From NCBI GenBank assembly GCA_965242675.1, contig CBDESW010000004.1:301862-365861 (forward strand): a stretch of DNA of 64,000 bases, given 5' to 3'. The number at the start of each line of letters is the position of its first letter. Position 1 is the first letter of the stretch. Source of the DNA: Dehalococcoidia bacterium (GTDB lineage Bacteria; Chloroflexota; Dehalococcoidia; Lucifugimonadales; UBA1123). This document shows positions 1 through 9,845 of this stretch, one piece after another. The translations under genes and the position numbers were made by a program. The notes under the pieces are model-generated. The model did no database searches. It was given only the letters and a program-made list of their open reading frames with translations, and was not told the DNA's origin.

Positions 1-1
1 C

Positions 2-829
2 CCGGCGCGCTTCGGCGACCTGCTCACCATGAACATGCGGGGATTCGTCGAGGGAGACGACCGGCAAATGTGGGGCGCGGGGCCCCAATCGTTCTACCTG
101 GCGGAGGACGGCGCGTCGCCCCTTCCCGGATTCTCCGCCGAGATTGTCGACGCGTCCGCGGGGGAAACCGTTGAGTTCGAGCTGGCGATTCCGGATGACT
201 TCCAACTAGAGGACATGGCGGGCAAGCCTGCGAGCTTCTCGGTCGACGTTATGGACGTGTACGAGCGCACCCTGCCGGAGCTGGATGACGAATTCGCCCG
301 CGGCCTGCCGGACGGCTTCGAGAGCTTGGAAGCGTTGCGCGCCGAAGTCCGAGACGCCCTGACGCAGGCGGCGGACAACCAAGCCAACTCGAATTACGAA
401 GAGCTGGTCATCGCCGCCCTGCTCAAGGACACCGAGCTGACCCCGCCGCCGATGATGGTCGAGCGCGAAGCCGAGCGGCTGGTGAGCCAGCAGTTCAGCT
501 TTCTCGAAAGCAACAACATACGCAAAGAAGACTATCTGGCGTCCATCGGCAAGACGGAGGACGAGTTGCGCCAAGAGGCGGCGGGGGAGGCGACGCGGCG
601 CGTCGCCCAAAGCCTGATGCTGAACCACTTGGCGGAAGTCGAGAAGTTCAAGGCGACGGATTCCGAGATAACCGAGCGCTTCAACCAAGTGTACGCGGGC
701 GTCCGCATGAAGCGGCGCGAGCGGCGCGGCGCGCGGGAGACGGTGGACAGGATGCTCCGGGCCGAAAAGGCGGTCCAAATGCTGGTGTCCATCGCCAAAG
801 GCGAAGCGGACGGCGCGGAAGACGGCTAA
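2..829 (+). CDS. tig: Trigger factor, C-terminal part (5' end outside window)
   Basis: The frame is open to the window edge. A PPIase-like segment ([14 protein letters not shown]...[11 protein letters not shown]) is followed by a long helical C-terminal arm. It lies directly upstream of clpP-clpX, the canonical tig-clpP-clpX order. Confidence 0.8.
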   Translation, partial: PARFGDLLTMNMRGFVEGDDRQMWGAGPQSFYLAEDGASPLPGFSAEIVDASAGETVEFELAIPDDFQLEDMAGKPASFSVDVMDVYERTLPELDDEFARGLPDGFESLEALRAEVRDALTQAADNQANSNYEELVIAALLKDTELTPPPMMVEREAERLVSQQFSFLESNNIRKEDYLASIGKTEDELRQEAAGEATRRVAQSLMLNHLAEVEKFKATDSEITERFNQVYAGVRMKRRERRGARETVDRMLRAEKAVQMLVSIAKGEADGAEDG

Positions 830-902
830 GGGCGGCGAAAGCGCCCGCCGAACCGCGCGTCCGCATAAAAGAAAAAGAAAATCCGAGAGGAGAATTGAGA
901 AG

Positions 903-1508
903 ATGGAAAACGTTATCCCAATGGTTGTGGAGTCCGGTTCCCGGGGGGAACGGGCTTACGACATCTACTCGCTGCTCCTCAAGGAGCGCATCGTCTTCCT
1001 GAACTCCGAGATATACGACCAGATGGCGAACAACGTGATCGCCCAGCTGCTCTATCTGGACAGGGAAGACCCGGAGCGGGACATCAGCCTGTACATCAGC
1101 TCGCCCGGCGGCTCCATCACGGCGGGGCTGGCGATATACGACACGATGCAGCTGATTCGCCCCGACGTCTCCACGATATGCGTCGGCATGGCGGCGAGCA
1201 TGGCGACGGTGTTGCTGTGCGCCGGCGCGCGCGGCAAGCGCTTCGCGCTTCCGAACTCCACCGTCCACATGCACCAGGCGCAGAGCGGCGCTCGCGGCGA
1301 CGCCACCAGCATCGAGATAGCGGCGCGCGAAGTCTTGCGCGAGCAGGACATCATCCGCAGGATAATCTCCGAGCGCACCGGACAGCCCTACGACAAGATA
1401 GCCACCGATTCCGACCGAGACTTCTACCTGAGCGCCGAAGACGCCAAGGAGTACGGCTTGGTGGATGAGGTTCTGAACGCGACCATCGCGGCGGCGGCGG
1501 CGGACTAG
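903..1508 (+). CDS. clpP: ATP-dependent Clp protease proteolytic subunit
   Basis: 201 aa, full-length similarity to ClpP. Motifs seen: [19 protein letters not shown], catalytic-Ser context GMAASMA, His context VHMHQ, Asp context DSDRDFY. A purine-rich SD (gagaggag) lies upstream. Confidence 0.95.
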   Translation: MENVIPMVVESGSRGERAYDIYSLLLKERIVFLNSEIYDQMANNVIAQLLYLDREDPERDISLYISSPGGSITAGLAIYDTMQLIRPDVSTICVGMAASMATVLLCAGARGKRFALPNSTVHMHQAQSGARGDATSIEIAAREVLREQDIIRRIISERTGQPYDKIATDSDRDFYLSAEDAKEYGLVDEVLNATIAAAAAD

Positions 1509-1582
1509 GCGGCGGCGGCGTCCCCCCAACCCACCGAAACGCGCGCGCGCATCCCCGAATCGCGCGCCCCGGAGGCGAACCA

Positions 1583-2929
1583 TTGACGACTAATCGCGGC
1601 GGAGCGGCCAGAGGCGGACGCTCGGACTACCACTGCTCTTTTTGCGGCAAACCCCAGTCGCAGGTCAAGCGGCTCATCGCCGGGCCTGACCAGGTGTTCA
1701 TCTGCGACGAGTGCGTGAACCTCTGCGACCAGATAATCGCGGAAGACGCGCCCAAACGCGGGGGGGCCGGCGCGCAAAGCCGCGCCGGCGCCGCGCCCAA
1801 AACCCTCAGCCCCAAGCTGATCTACGCCAAACTCGAAGAGTACGTCGTGGGCCAGGAGCAGGCGAAGAAGGTGATGAGCGTCGCCGTTTACAACCACTAC
1901 AAGCGCATCAAGTCCTCCCAGCGGCGCGAAGACGAGGACGGCGTGGAGCTGCAGAAGGCGAACATGCTCATGGTCGGCCCCTCCGGCTCCGGCAAGACGC
2001 ACCTGGCGCAGAACCTCGCGCACATCCTCGAAGTGCCGTTCGCCATCGCGGACGCCACCACGCTCACCGAAGCGGGCTACGTCGGCGAGGACGTCGAGAA
2101 CATCCTGCTGGGGCTGATACAGGCGGCGGATTTCGACATCGCGCGCGCCGAGCGCGGCATCATCTACATAGACGAAATAGACAAAATCGCCCGCAAGAGC
2201 GCCAACCGCTCCATAACCCGCGACGTGTCCGGCGAGGGCGTCCAGCAGGCGCTGCTCAAAATCATCGAAGGCTGCGTCGCCAACGTCCCCCCGCAGGGCG
2301 GGCGCAAGCACCCGCATCAGGAATTCCTGCAGATACGCACCGACAACATCCTCTTCATGTGCGGCGGCGCGTTCGAGGGGATGAACGAAATCATCGAAAA
2401 GCGCGCCTTCAAAGACCGCAAGCGCATCGGCTTCAAATCCAACGTGGTCACGACCGAAGAGTGGGGCGAGCGGACGGCGGACGAGATACGCGGCCACATC
2501 AACGGCGACGACCTCATGGAGTACGGCTTCATCCCGGAGTTCGTCGGACGCCTGCCCGTCGTCGTCGCGCTCAACGCCCTGCACAAGGACGACCTCGTCC
2601 GCGTCCTCACCGAACCCCGAAACGCCTTCGTCCGGCAGTATCAGTCGCTTTTCAGAATGGACGGCGTGGAGCTGGTCTTCACGGACGGCGCGCTGGAGGC
2701 GGCGGCGGAGAACGCCATCAAGCAAAAGACCGGCGCGCGCGGACTGCGAACCATCCTGGAGCGAACCCTGCTGGACGTCATGTACGAGCTCCCAAGCTCC
2801 AAAGACGTCGTGAAGTGCGTGGTCAACTCGGACGTGATAAACGGCTTGGCGCCGGTGACGCTGGTGAGAAGCGACGGCTCGCAAATCCCGCTCATAACGG
2901 AGGACTTCGCCGCCCGCAAGACGGCTTGA
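1583..2929 (+). CDS. clpX: ATP-dependent Clp protease ATP-binding subunit ClpX
   Basis: TTG start 7 nt after GGAGG. N-terminal zinc ribbon CSFCGK...FICDECV, Walker A GPSGSGKT, Walker [10 protein letters not shown], and the ClpX GYVGEDVE pore-loop region. Confidence 0.95.
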   Translation: MTTNRGGAARGGRSDYHCSFCGKPQSQVKRLIAGPDQVFICDECVNLCDQIIAEDAPKRGGAGAQSRAGAAPKTLSPKLIYAKLEEYVVGQEQAKKVMSVAVYNHYKRIKSSQRREDEDGVELQKANMLMVGPSGSGKTHLAQNLAHILEVPFAIADATTLTEAGYVGEDVENILLGLIQAADFDIARAERGIIYIDEIDKIARKSANRSITRDVSGEGVQQALLKIIEGCVANVPPQGGRKHPHQEFLQIRTDNILFMCGGAFEGMNEIIEKRAFKDRKRIGFKSNVVTTEEWGERTADEIRGHINGDDLMEYGFIPEFVGRLPVVVALNALHKDDLVRVLTEPRNAFVRQYQSLFRMDGVELVFTDGALEAAAENAIKQKTGARGLRTILERTLLDVMYELPSSKDVVKCVVNSDVINGLAPVTLVRSDGSQIPLITEDFAARKTA

Positions 2930-2950
2930 CGGGGCGCGGAGCGCCGCCGC

Positions 2951-4003
2951 CTATCGCCCCGCCGCGCCGCCGCCGTTGATTTGGACTAGAAGGCGCAGCG
3001 CCTCTTCCCGCTGGGCGTCGTTGGCGGCGTAGCGCAGCGCCCTGCCCAAATCGGACAGCGCCAAGTCGCGCCTGCCGATGGCGGCGAGCGCCTCCGCCCG
3101 CGCCATGTAGGCGGGCGCGTAGTCGGGGGCTATTTCAAGCGCCCTTTCCAGCGCGGCGAGCGCCTGGTCGAACTCGCCGTCCGCGATATGCCGCTCCGCC
3201 TGCCGCGCGTGCGCCAGCGGCGACTCGCCGACGTTGCGGTTGCCCCAGAGCGTCCCCGCGAATATGGCGAGCGCCGCCAGGGGCAGAACCCAGAGCCGCC
3301 TGACGAACGAATTGGCGTCGTACAGCCGCCCGATTCGCCCGAAGGCGTCGCGCTCAAGGCGGTAGCCCGGCGCGAACGCCAGCCCGATGAGCGCGCCGGA
3401 CGCGAAGCCGCCGGCGTGGGCGTAGTTGTCTATGCCGGGAACCGCCAGCCCGAAGGCGAGGTTGATTCCGGCGAGTATGAGAAGCGCCGTCAGGCTGCTC
3501 CGCCCCATCGCGCCCAACTTGTCGCGGTTGATGAGGAAGAACGCCGCCAGCCCGCCCAGCAGCCCGAAAATCGCCCCGCTCGCGCCCACCCCGACGGCGT
3601 TTTCGAGACGGCTCAGATTCAGCGCGTAGCTCAGCGCGCTCGCGCCGAGACCGGACAGCAGATAGAGCGCGGCGAAGCGGGCGTGTCCAAACACCTTCTC
3701 CGCCTGCGTCCCCAAAATGAACAGGCTGACGCAGTTCAAGCCGAGATGCCACAAGCCGGCGTGCAGGAATATGGCGGTGAAAAGCCGCCAGTAGTCGCCC
3801 GCCGCCACCGCGCCCGCCTCCATCGCGCCGAACGCGATTAGAGTGGCGGAATCGGCGGAGCCGCCCGCCAGCTCCGCCAGCGCCCACGTCAAGACAATCG
3901 CGCCCAGCAACGCCCAGGCGACGAACGGCTTTCTATCCGCCCCGGGAACGGGGAAGCGCGTCTCGTCGTCCGGTTCGTCCGGGTATCGGTTTGGGGGGAA
4001 CAT
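2951..4003 (-). CDS. Rhomboid-family intramembrane serine protease with C-terminal TPR region
   Basis: Multi-TM protein with rhomboid motifs: WRLFTAIFLHAGLWHLGLN, the GxSG catalytic motif GASGAIFGLLGG, and downstream HAGGFASG (His). The C-terminus has TPR-like repeats (ALAALERALEIAPDYAPAYMARAEALAAIG). Confidence 0.8.
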   Translation of the reverse strand: MFPPNRYPDEPDDETRFPVPGADRKPFVAWALLGAIVLTWALAELAGGSADSATLIAFGAMEAGAVAAGDYWRLFTAIFLHAGLWHLGLNCVSLFILGTQAEKVFGHARFAALYLLSGLGASALSYALNLSRLENAVGVGASGAIFGLLGGLAAFFLINRDKLGAMGRSSLTALLILAGINLAFGLAVPGIDNYAHAGGFASGALIGLAFAPGYRLERDAFGRIGRLYDANSFVRRLWVLPLAALAIFAGTLWGNRNVGESPLAHARQAERHIADGEFDQALAALERALEIAPDYAPAYMARAEALAAIGRRDLALSDLGRALRYAANDAQREEALRLLVQINGGGAAGR

Positions 4004-4039
4004 GCGGGGGAAGCCGTCGGTTTCGCGGGGGGATTGGGC

Positions 4040-4549
4040 TTAGCCGGAGCGTGCCGGCGGTCGGCGGCGCATCTGGGCGACGCGCCTTATCGCGGCGGCG
4101 AGCTCGCGCGGGTCGGAATCCTTGACGATATAGCCGTCCGCGCCCGCCTCGATGGCGTCGTCTATGCAGTCGGGATGCACCGCCATCAGCAGGACGCCGA
4201 TTTGGGGCGTCCGCGCCTTGATTTCGCGTATGACGCTCGCGGCGTCGCGCGCCGGCATCTGCGAATCGAGCAACGCCACATCCGGCGGGCAGTCGCGGAT
4301 GCGCTCCGCGGCGTCCGCGCCGTCGGTCAGCAGAGCCGAGACGCGAATGTCCGCCGCGCCGAGCAGAATCGCCGCGATTCCGTCCAAAACGGCTTCGCTG
4401 TCGTCTATCACCAGAACTCCGATAGGCTCCGAGCGTCCCATGTCGCCACCCCGCGCGCAGGCTATATAATCATCATTACAGCCAATCGGCGCGTTCGCAA
4501 TGGCAATTTCGCCCCAATTCGGCGATTCGGCGAAAATCGCAGCCTTCAC
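4040..4549 (-). CDS. Stand-alone response-regulator receiver (CheY-like) protein
   Basis: REC motifs VLVIDDSE, DVALLDSQMP (phospho-acceptor Asp context) and GADGYIVKD. The GTG at 4549 overlaps the upstream stop (GTGA). An internal ATG at 4441 (MGRSEPIGVLVIDD) is an equally plausible start. Confidence 0.7.
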   Translation of the reverse strand: MKAAIFAESPNWGEIAIANAPIGCNDDYIACARGGDMGRSEPIGVLVIDDSEAVLDGIAAILLGAADIRVSALLTDGADAAERIRDCPPDVALLDSQMPARDAASVIREIKARTPQIGVLLMAVHPDCIDDAIEAGADGYIVKDSDPRELAAAIRRVAQMRRRPPARSG

Positions 4550-5187
4550 AGCCTGATGATTCCGCGCTGAAGCCCCTGCGTCACCGCTTCCGTCCGGTGG
4601 CTCACGCCCATCTTCTGGAAAATGTTGGCGACATGCGTCTTGACCGTGCTTTCGCGGATGAAAAGCTCGGACGCGATTTCGCGGTTGGACGACCCGCGCG
4701 CTATCAGCTGCAGCACCTCCACCTCGCGCTCCGAAAGCGCGTCGGCGGGGTTCGCGCGGGACATTTGCTTGAACCGGTCAAGCAACTTGGCGGCGACGCC
4801 CGGCTCGATCTGGGACTCGCCGCGATAGACCGTCCGCACCGCGCTGAACAGCTCTTCGCGCGAGGCGTCCTTGAGCAGATAGCCCTTCGCGCCGGCTTCG
4901 ATGGCGTCGAAAATGTACTCGTCCGTGTCGAACGTGGTCAGCACGATGGTTTTGATGTTCGGGTTCTCCGCGCCGATGGCGCGCATCGCCTCGACGCCGG
5001 ACATTTCGGGCATCCGAAGGTCCATGAGAATCACGTCGGGCGCCAGCCGCCGCGCCAGCCGCGCCGCTTCCTTCCCGTCCCCCGCCTCGCCCACGACGGC
5101 GAAATCGTCCTGCCGGTCGAGCATCGTGTTCAAGCCGTCCCGGACGATGGTGTGGTCGTCCACTATGAGAATTTTGATTGGGGGCAT
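4546..5187 (-). CDS. NarL/FixJ-family response regulator (REC + LuxR-type HTH)
   Basis: Start moved to the ATG at 5187 (MPPIKILIVDDH), which is preceded by GGAGAGGAA. REC motif DVILMDLRMPEMSG. C-terminal HTH LSEREVEVLQLIARGSSNREIASELFIRESTVKTHV. Confidence 0.85.
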   Translation of the reverse strand: MPPIKILIVDDHTIVRDGLNTMLDRQDDFAVVGEAGDGKEAARLARRLAPDVILMDLRMPEMSGVEAMRAIGAENPNIKTIVLTTFDTDEYIFDAIEAGAKGYLLKDASREELFSAVRTVYRGESQIEPGVAAKLLDRFKQMSRANPADALSEREVEVLQLIARGSSNREIASELFIRESTVKTHVANIFQKMGVSHRTEAVTQGLQRGIIRL

Positions 5188-5315
5188 GGTTAGGGATTCC
5201 TCTCCGCCGCTGATATGCGCGCGCGCGAAACGCCGCGCCTGTATTGTCAACGCAAGCGCGCGGAATGTCAACTTTCGGCGTCCAACCGAAATGCAAGCCC
5301 GAATCGCGAGCGCTG

Positions 5316-5721
5316 AATCCCCTCTCCCTTGATGGGCTTGCAAGGGTATGTTTGACGGATTTAGGCGCGAATTGGACTATTTCCGCCACTTCCCCGGCGT
5401 CCCGCCCCGTCATTCCCGCGAAGGCGGGAATCCAGAGTGGAGCGACCAACTTGGCAACTGGAAATCAAGCCCGAATCGCGAGCGGCAAATCCCCTCTCCC
5501 TTGATGGGCTTGCAAGGGTATGTTTACGGAAAACAAGCGTCGCGCGCAACCAACGTATCCCCTCTCCCATATGTTCCCCCCGTCATTCCCGCGAAAGCGG
5601 GAATCCAGATGGGCGCGACCAGCCTAGATGCCGGAGACCAAGCCCGAATTGAAGCCAAGAAATCCCCTCTCCCTTGATGGGAGAGGGCTAGGGTGAGGGT
5701 GAGCCGCGCCCTAGCGCGGCT
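5316..5721 (+). repeat. Mosaic array of dispersed intergenic repeat modules (about 172-nt period, about 2.3 units)
   Basis: AATCCCCTCTCCCTTGATGGG starts at 5316, 5488 and 5661. The hairpin CCCCGTCATTCCCGCGAA(G/A)GCGGGAATCCAG is at 5405-5435 and 5576-5607. The last unit ends in GGGAGAGGGCTAGGGTGAGGGTG plus the hairpin AGCCGCGC-CCTA-GCGCGGCT. Confidence 0.85.
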
Positions 5722-5829
5722 TTGCGCGGGCGTTTGCGAATTCCCCGCCCGTCCCAATCCTGTATAATATATGAACGCCAAACAACAACCCCCCGCCGAA
5801 CGGCGCGGACAACTTGGAGAGAAAAACCC

Positions 5830-6357
5830 ATGCTGGCAGACCGGATTCAGGAAGCCTTCAACGTCCAGATAAACAACGAGTTCTACTCCGCCCACCTCTA
5901 CCTGTCCATGGCGGCGTACTTCGAGAGCGTCAGCCTGCCGGGCTTCGCCCACTGGATGCGCCTGCAGTTCGAGGAAGAGACCAGCCACGCCCTCAAGTTG
6001 TTCGACTACGTCAACGACCGCGACGGGCGCGTGACGCTCCGCGCCATCGAGCAGCCGCCCATCGAGTTCGAGTCCCCCCGCAGCGTCATGCGAATGGCGC
6101 TCGAGCACGAGAAGTCCGTCACGGAGATGATCAACAACCTCTACGCCCTAGCCGTAGCCGAGCGCGACCACGCCTCCCACGTCCTGCTGGAGTGGTTCAT
6201 CACCGAGCAGGTCGAGGAAGAGAAGACGCTGGACGACATAGTCGACCACATGACCCTGATAGGCGACGACGGCACGGGGTTGCTGATACTGGACGGACGC
6301 CTAGCCGCCCGAACGGCGGATGAGGGGGCGGACGCCGGCGGCGAAGGGGGCGCGTAG
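5830..6357 (+). CDS. ftn: Ferritin (non-haem, Ftn-type)
   Basis: ATG at 5830, 10 nt after GGAGAG. Ferroxidase-centre context QINNEFYSAHLYLSMAAYF...FAHWMRLQFEEETSHALKLFDYV...ALEHEKSVT. TATAAT at 5763-5768 may be its -10 box. Confidence 0.85.
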   Translation: MLADRIQEAFNVQINNEFYSAHLYLSMAAYFESVSLPGFAHWMRLQFEEETSHALKLFDYVNDRDGRVTLRAIEQPPIEFESPRSVMRMALEHEKSVTEMINNLYALAVAERDHASHVLLEWFITEQVEEEKTLDDIVDHMTLIGDDGTGLLILDGRLAARTADEGADAGGEGGA

Positions 6358-6389
6358 CGCGGGGGGCGGACGGTCGAGGAGATGACGCT

Positions 6390-7427
6390 GTGAAAATCGG
6401 CACGGCATCGCTAATCATGGCGATGATTCTTTTGGCGCTTGCGGCGGTTGCGTGCGGCGAAGCCTTGCAAAGCGAGCGCATGGTGTTCGTATCCGAACGG
6501 GACAACAATCTGGACATATACGCGATGAACCCGGACGGGTCCGCGATAACCAGGCTTACCAATCACAACGCCGACGATTGGAATCCTGACATGTCGTCTG
6601 ACGGACGACATGTCGCGTTTATCTCCAACCGAGACGGAAATGCGGAGATATACGCGATGGACTCGGACGGGTCAGACGTGATTCGGCTTACCAATAATGA
6701 CGCCGGCGATTGGGGACCTGTCTGGTCGCCAGACAGACGCCGCATCGCGTTCATATCCGACCGAGACGAAAACTCGGAGATATACGCCGTGAACGCCGAC
6801 GGAACCGAGATAACCCGACTTACCAATCACAACGCCGGCGTTTGGGACATCGTCTGGTCTCCGGACAGCCAGCGCATTGCGTTCGTATCCAACCGATCCA
6901 ACCCAGACGTCGATTCGGACATATACGCGGTGAACGCCGACGGAACCGAGATAACCCGACTCACCGATAACGCCGGCGCTTGGGGCATCGCTTGGTCGCC
7001 GGACGGCCAGCGCATCGCTTTCGCATCCAAGCGAAACCTAGAGGGCTACGATGACATATACTCGGTGAACGCCGACGGAACCGAGATGACTCGGCTTACT
7101 AGGCATAACTACGACTATTGGAACCCAGTCTGGTCGCCGGACGGACAGCGCATCGCTTTCGTCGCGTCGCCGCCCGGACACGGCGACGGCGTTTCAATAT
7201 ACGTGATGAACGCCGACGGATCCGAGAGAACTCAGCTTTGGTCGGGCAGCGGCCCCGTTTGGTCGCCGGACGGGCGCCGCATCGCTTTCACCTACTACGG
7301 GCACTTTGTTCATCAGGGGGGCGCGGAGATATATGTGATGACCGTGGGCGGATACGGAGTCGCGGTAACTCAACTTACCGATAACGATGTTGATGACTGG
7401 ATCATGTCTTGGGAAAGCGCAGACTAG
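6390..7427 (+). CDS. PD40/TolB-like beta-propeller lipoprotein, paralogue 1
   Basis: GTG start after AGGAG. Signal peptide with lipobox LAAVAC. Repeated blades of the form DIYAMNxDGSxxTRLTNxxAxDWxPxWSPDGxRIAF(V/I)SxRDGNxEIY. Confidence 0.85.
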   Translation: MKIGTASLIMAMILLALAAVACGEALQSERMVFVSERDNNLDIYAMNPDGSAITRLTNHNADDWNPDMSSDGRHVAFISNRDGNAEIYAMDSDGSDVIRLTNNDAGDWGPVWSPDRRRIAFISDRDENSEIYAVNADGTEITRLTNHNAGVWDIVWSPDSQRIAFVSNRSNPDVDSDIYAVNADGTEITRLTDNAGAWGIAWSPDGQRIAFASKRNLEGYDDIYSVNADGTEMTRLTRHNYDYWNPVWSPDGQRIAFVASPPGHGDGVSIYVMNADGSERTQLWSGSGPVWSPDGRRIAFTYYGHFVHQGGAEIYVMTVGGYGVAVTQLTDNDVDDWIMSWESAD

Positions 7428-7465
7428 CCCCCTGCTGAACACTCCCGCAAACTGGAGACGCCATT

Positions 7466-8566
7466 ATGAAACCCCGCGCGCCATTCCTAGCCATAGCCAT
7501 AGCCATAACCCTCATGGCGCTGGCGGCGGCGGCTTGCGGCGAAGCCTTGCAAGGCGAGCGCATCGCGTTTGTATCCTACAGGGATGGCGACTCTGAGATA
7601 TACGCGATGAACCCGGACGGGAGCGCTGTGAGGCGTCTTACCAAGAATGACGCCGGCGACAGGAACCCCGTCTGGTCGCCGGACGGACGCCGCATCGCTT
7701 TCATATCCAACCGAGACGGCAACCGGGAGATATACGCGATGAACGGCTACGGGTCAGATGTGATTCGTCTTACCAATAATGACGCCGGCGATTGGAGCCC
7801 CGTCTGGTCTCCGGACGGACGCCGCGTCGCTTTCGTATCCAACCGAGACAGCGACGGCCCTCCGTTCCCAGGGCATATGCCGCAGATAAACGATGAGATA
7901 TACGCGGTGAACGCCGACGGAACCGGGACGATTAGGCTCACCGACAACGATTTTGAAGACAGCGCGCCCGCTTGCTCTCCGGACGGACGCCGCATCGCCT
8001 TCGTATCCGAACGGGACGGCAACGCGGACATATACGCCATGAACGCCGACGGAACCGATATAACTCGACTTGCCGGCAACGACTATGACGATTACGCCCC
8101 CGTTTGGTCGCCGGACGGACGCCGCATCGCCTTCGTATCCCACCTTCTCACCCCCTTCCCAACCGGCGACGGCGGCAAGTTGCATTTTCTCTCATCGGAA
8201 ATATACGCGATGAACGCGGACGGCTCCGACCTGACTCGGCTTACCAACAACGATTTGGAGGACAGAAACCCCGCTTGGTCGCCGGACGGACATCGCATCG
8301 CTTTCGTATCTTCCCCCGGACATGCCCACGCATGGGTATCCGTGATGAACGCGGACGGAAGTTCCGTAACCCCGCTTGTCAGTGGACACGAATTCGCATG
8401 GTCGGCGGACGGACAACGCATCGCCGTCGGCGACTACCCAGGCGATGGCGACATAGTAAACGGCGACAACGAGATATACATGGCGACAATCGACGGCTCC
8501 GAAATAACGCAACTTACCGACAATGACCATTACGACGGCGCGCCGTCCTGGCGCCCCGCGCCCTAA
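7466..8566 (+). CDS. PD40/TolB-like beta-propeller lipoprotein, paralogue 2
   Basis: Signal peptide and lipobox (LAAAAC). Same blade consensus as paralogue 1. Conserved leader GGAGACGCCATTATGAAA. Ends in SWRPAP. Confidence 0.85.
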   Translation: MKPRAPFLAIAIAITLMALAAAACGEALQGERIAFVSYRDGDSEIYAMNPDGSAVRRLTKNDAGDRNPVWSPDGRRIAFISNRDGNREIYAMNGYGSDVIRLTNNDAGDWSPVWSPDGRRVAFVSNRDSDGPPFPGHMPQINDEIYAVNADGTGTIRLTDNDFEDSAPACSPDGRRIAFVSERDGNADIYAMNADGTDITRLAGNDYDDYAPVWSPDGRRIAFVSHLLTPFPTGDGGKLHFLSSEIYAMNADGSDLTRLTNNDLEDRNPAWSPDGHRIAFVSSPGHAHAWVSVMNADGSSVTPLVSGHEFAWSADGQRIAVGDYPGDGDIVNGDNEIYMATIDGSEITQLTDNDHYDGAPSWRPAP

Positions 8567-8592
8567 CCCGCCCGCGAACCGGAGACGCCATT

Positions 8593-9819
8593 ATGAAAAC
8601 CCGCGCGACATTCCTAGCCGCTGCCATAGCCATAACCCTCATGGCGCTGGCGGCGGCTTGCGGCGGGCAGTCCGTTGCGGACGCGACGCCAATCGCTTTG
8701 CAACGCGCCACGCCGAAGCCCGCGCCCACCACTGCGCCGTCGACAGCGCCGCCCGCGCCCGCCGCCGCGCCAACTTCGACGCCCGCGCCCACGCCCACCG
8801 CCATGCCGCCAACCCCTGCGCCAACAGCCACGCCAAGCGTCTCGCAAGGCGAGCGCATCGCTTTCGCATCCGAACGCGACGGCAATTTGGAGATATACGC
8901 GATGAACCCCGACGGCTCCGCGACGACTAGACTTACCGACAACGACGCCAAAGACTGGAACCCCGTATGGTCGCCGGACGGACGCCGCATCGCTTTCGTA
9001 TCCAACCGGGAAGGCAATTTGGAGATATACGCGATGAACGCCGACGGCTCCGATATGACTCGCCTCACCAATAGCGACGCCGGCGATTGGCAGCCCGTTT
9101 GGTCGCCGGACGGACAGCGCATCGCCTTCGTATCCGAACGCTACGACGGTCTGGTCAGGGCGGCGTCTGATATATACGCGGTGAACGCCGACGGCTCAGC
9201 GACAACTCGAATTGTCGACAATGTCGCCATGCAACCGTCCCCGGCTTGGTCGCCGGATGGAGAACGCATCGCCTTCGTATCCGACCAAAACGGTAATTGG
9301 GAGATATATACGGTGAACGCGGACGATTCCGAGATAACCAGGCTTACCAATAATAACGCTTGGGATGGAATTCCAACTTGGTCTCCGGACGGACGCCGCA
9401 TCGCCTTTGTATCAGACAGAGACGCCGACCCGGACTCTCCCCCATCGGAGGATATATATTCAATGAACGCGGACGGCTCCGACCTGACTCGGCTTACCTA
9501 TAGTGAATTGGTGTACGGGAAACCCGTCTGGTCGCCGGACGGACGACGCATCGCGTTCGGCGCTTCTCCCCCACTCGCCCACTCGTTCATATACCTGATG
9601 AACGCGGACGGCTCCCTGTCGTTTGGGTTTTCTCGCGGCCACAGCCCCGTCTGGTCGCCAGACGGACAACGCATCGCTTTTAGCGACTACCCAGGCGATG
9701 GCGATATAATAGAAGGCGACACGGAAATATACGTAGTGGACGTCGACGATTTTGTGATAACGCAACTTACCGACAATGACCATTACGACGGGGAGCCATC
9801 CTGGCGCCCCGCGCCCTAA
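8593..9819 (+). CDS. PD40/TolB-like beta-propeller lipoprotein, paralogue 3 (with Pro/Ala/Thr linker)
   Basis: Lipobox LAAAC, then a low-complexity [40 protein letters not shown] linker, then PD40 blades. Ends in SWRPAP. Confidence 0.85.
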   Translation: MKTRATFLAAAIAITLMALAAACGGQSVADATPIALQRATPKPAPTTAPSTAPPAPAAAPTSTPAPTPTAMPPTPAPTATPSVSQGERIAFASERDGNLEIYAMNPDGSATTRLTDNDAKDWNPVWSPDGRRIAFVSNREGNLEIYAMNADGSDMTRLTNSDAGDWQPVWSPDGQRIAFVSERYDGLVRAASDIYAVNADGSATTRIVDNVAMQPSPAWSPDGERIAFVSDQNGNWEIYTVNADDSEITRLTNNNAWDGIPTWSPDGRRIAFVSDRDADPDSPPSEDIYSMNADGSDLTRLTYSELVYGKPVWSPDGRRIAFGASPPLAHSFIYLMNADGSLSFGFSRGHSPVWSPDGQRIAFSDYPGDGDIIEGDTEIYVVDVDDFVITQLTDNDHYDGEPSWRPAP

Positions 9820-9845
9820 CCCGCCCCCACACAGGAGACGCCGTT

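Noticed and set aside
1505-2884. 459-aa ORF antisense to clpX, and similar long antisense or out-of-frame ORFs (681-1583, 13287-14471, 14809-16107, 35056-36477, 38274-39842, 43342-45495, 57566-58867, 59132-60466, 62067-63176)
   Set aside because: Each lies entirely within or opposite a gene with strong family-specific motifs. Their translations are Arg/Ala/Gly/His-rich low-complexity strings, as expected from stop-codon-poor GC-rich DNA. None has an SD or a recognisable domain.
5316-5721. Regular about 172-nt spacing of conserved motifs looked superficially CRISPR-like
   Set aside because: The period is far too long for CRISPR. The 'spacers' are themselves copies of modules seen elsewhere (40399-40560, about 30110-30180). 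The motifs also occur singly at many loci in both orientations, and no cas genes are present. Mosaic REP/MITE-like repeats explain it better.
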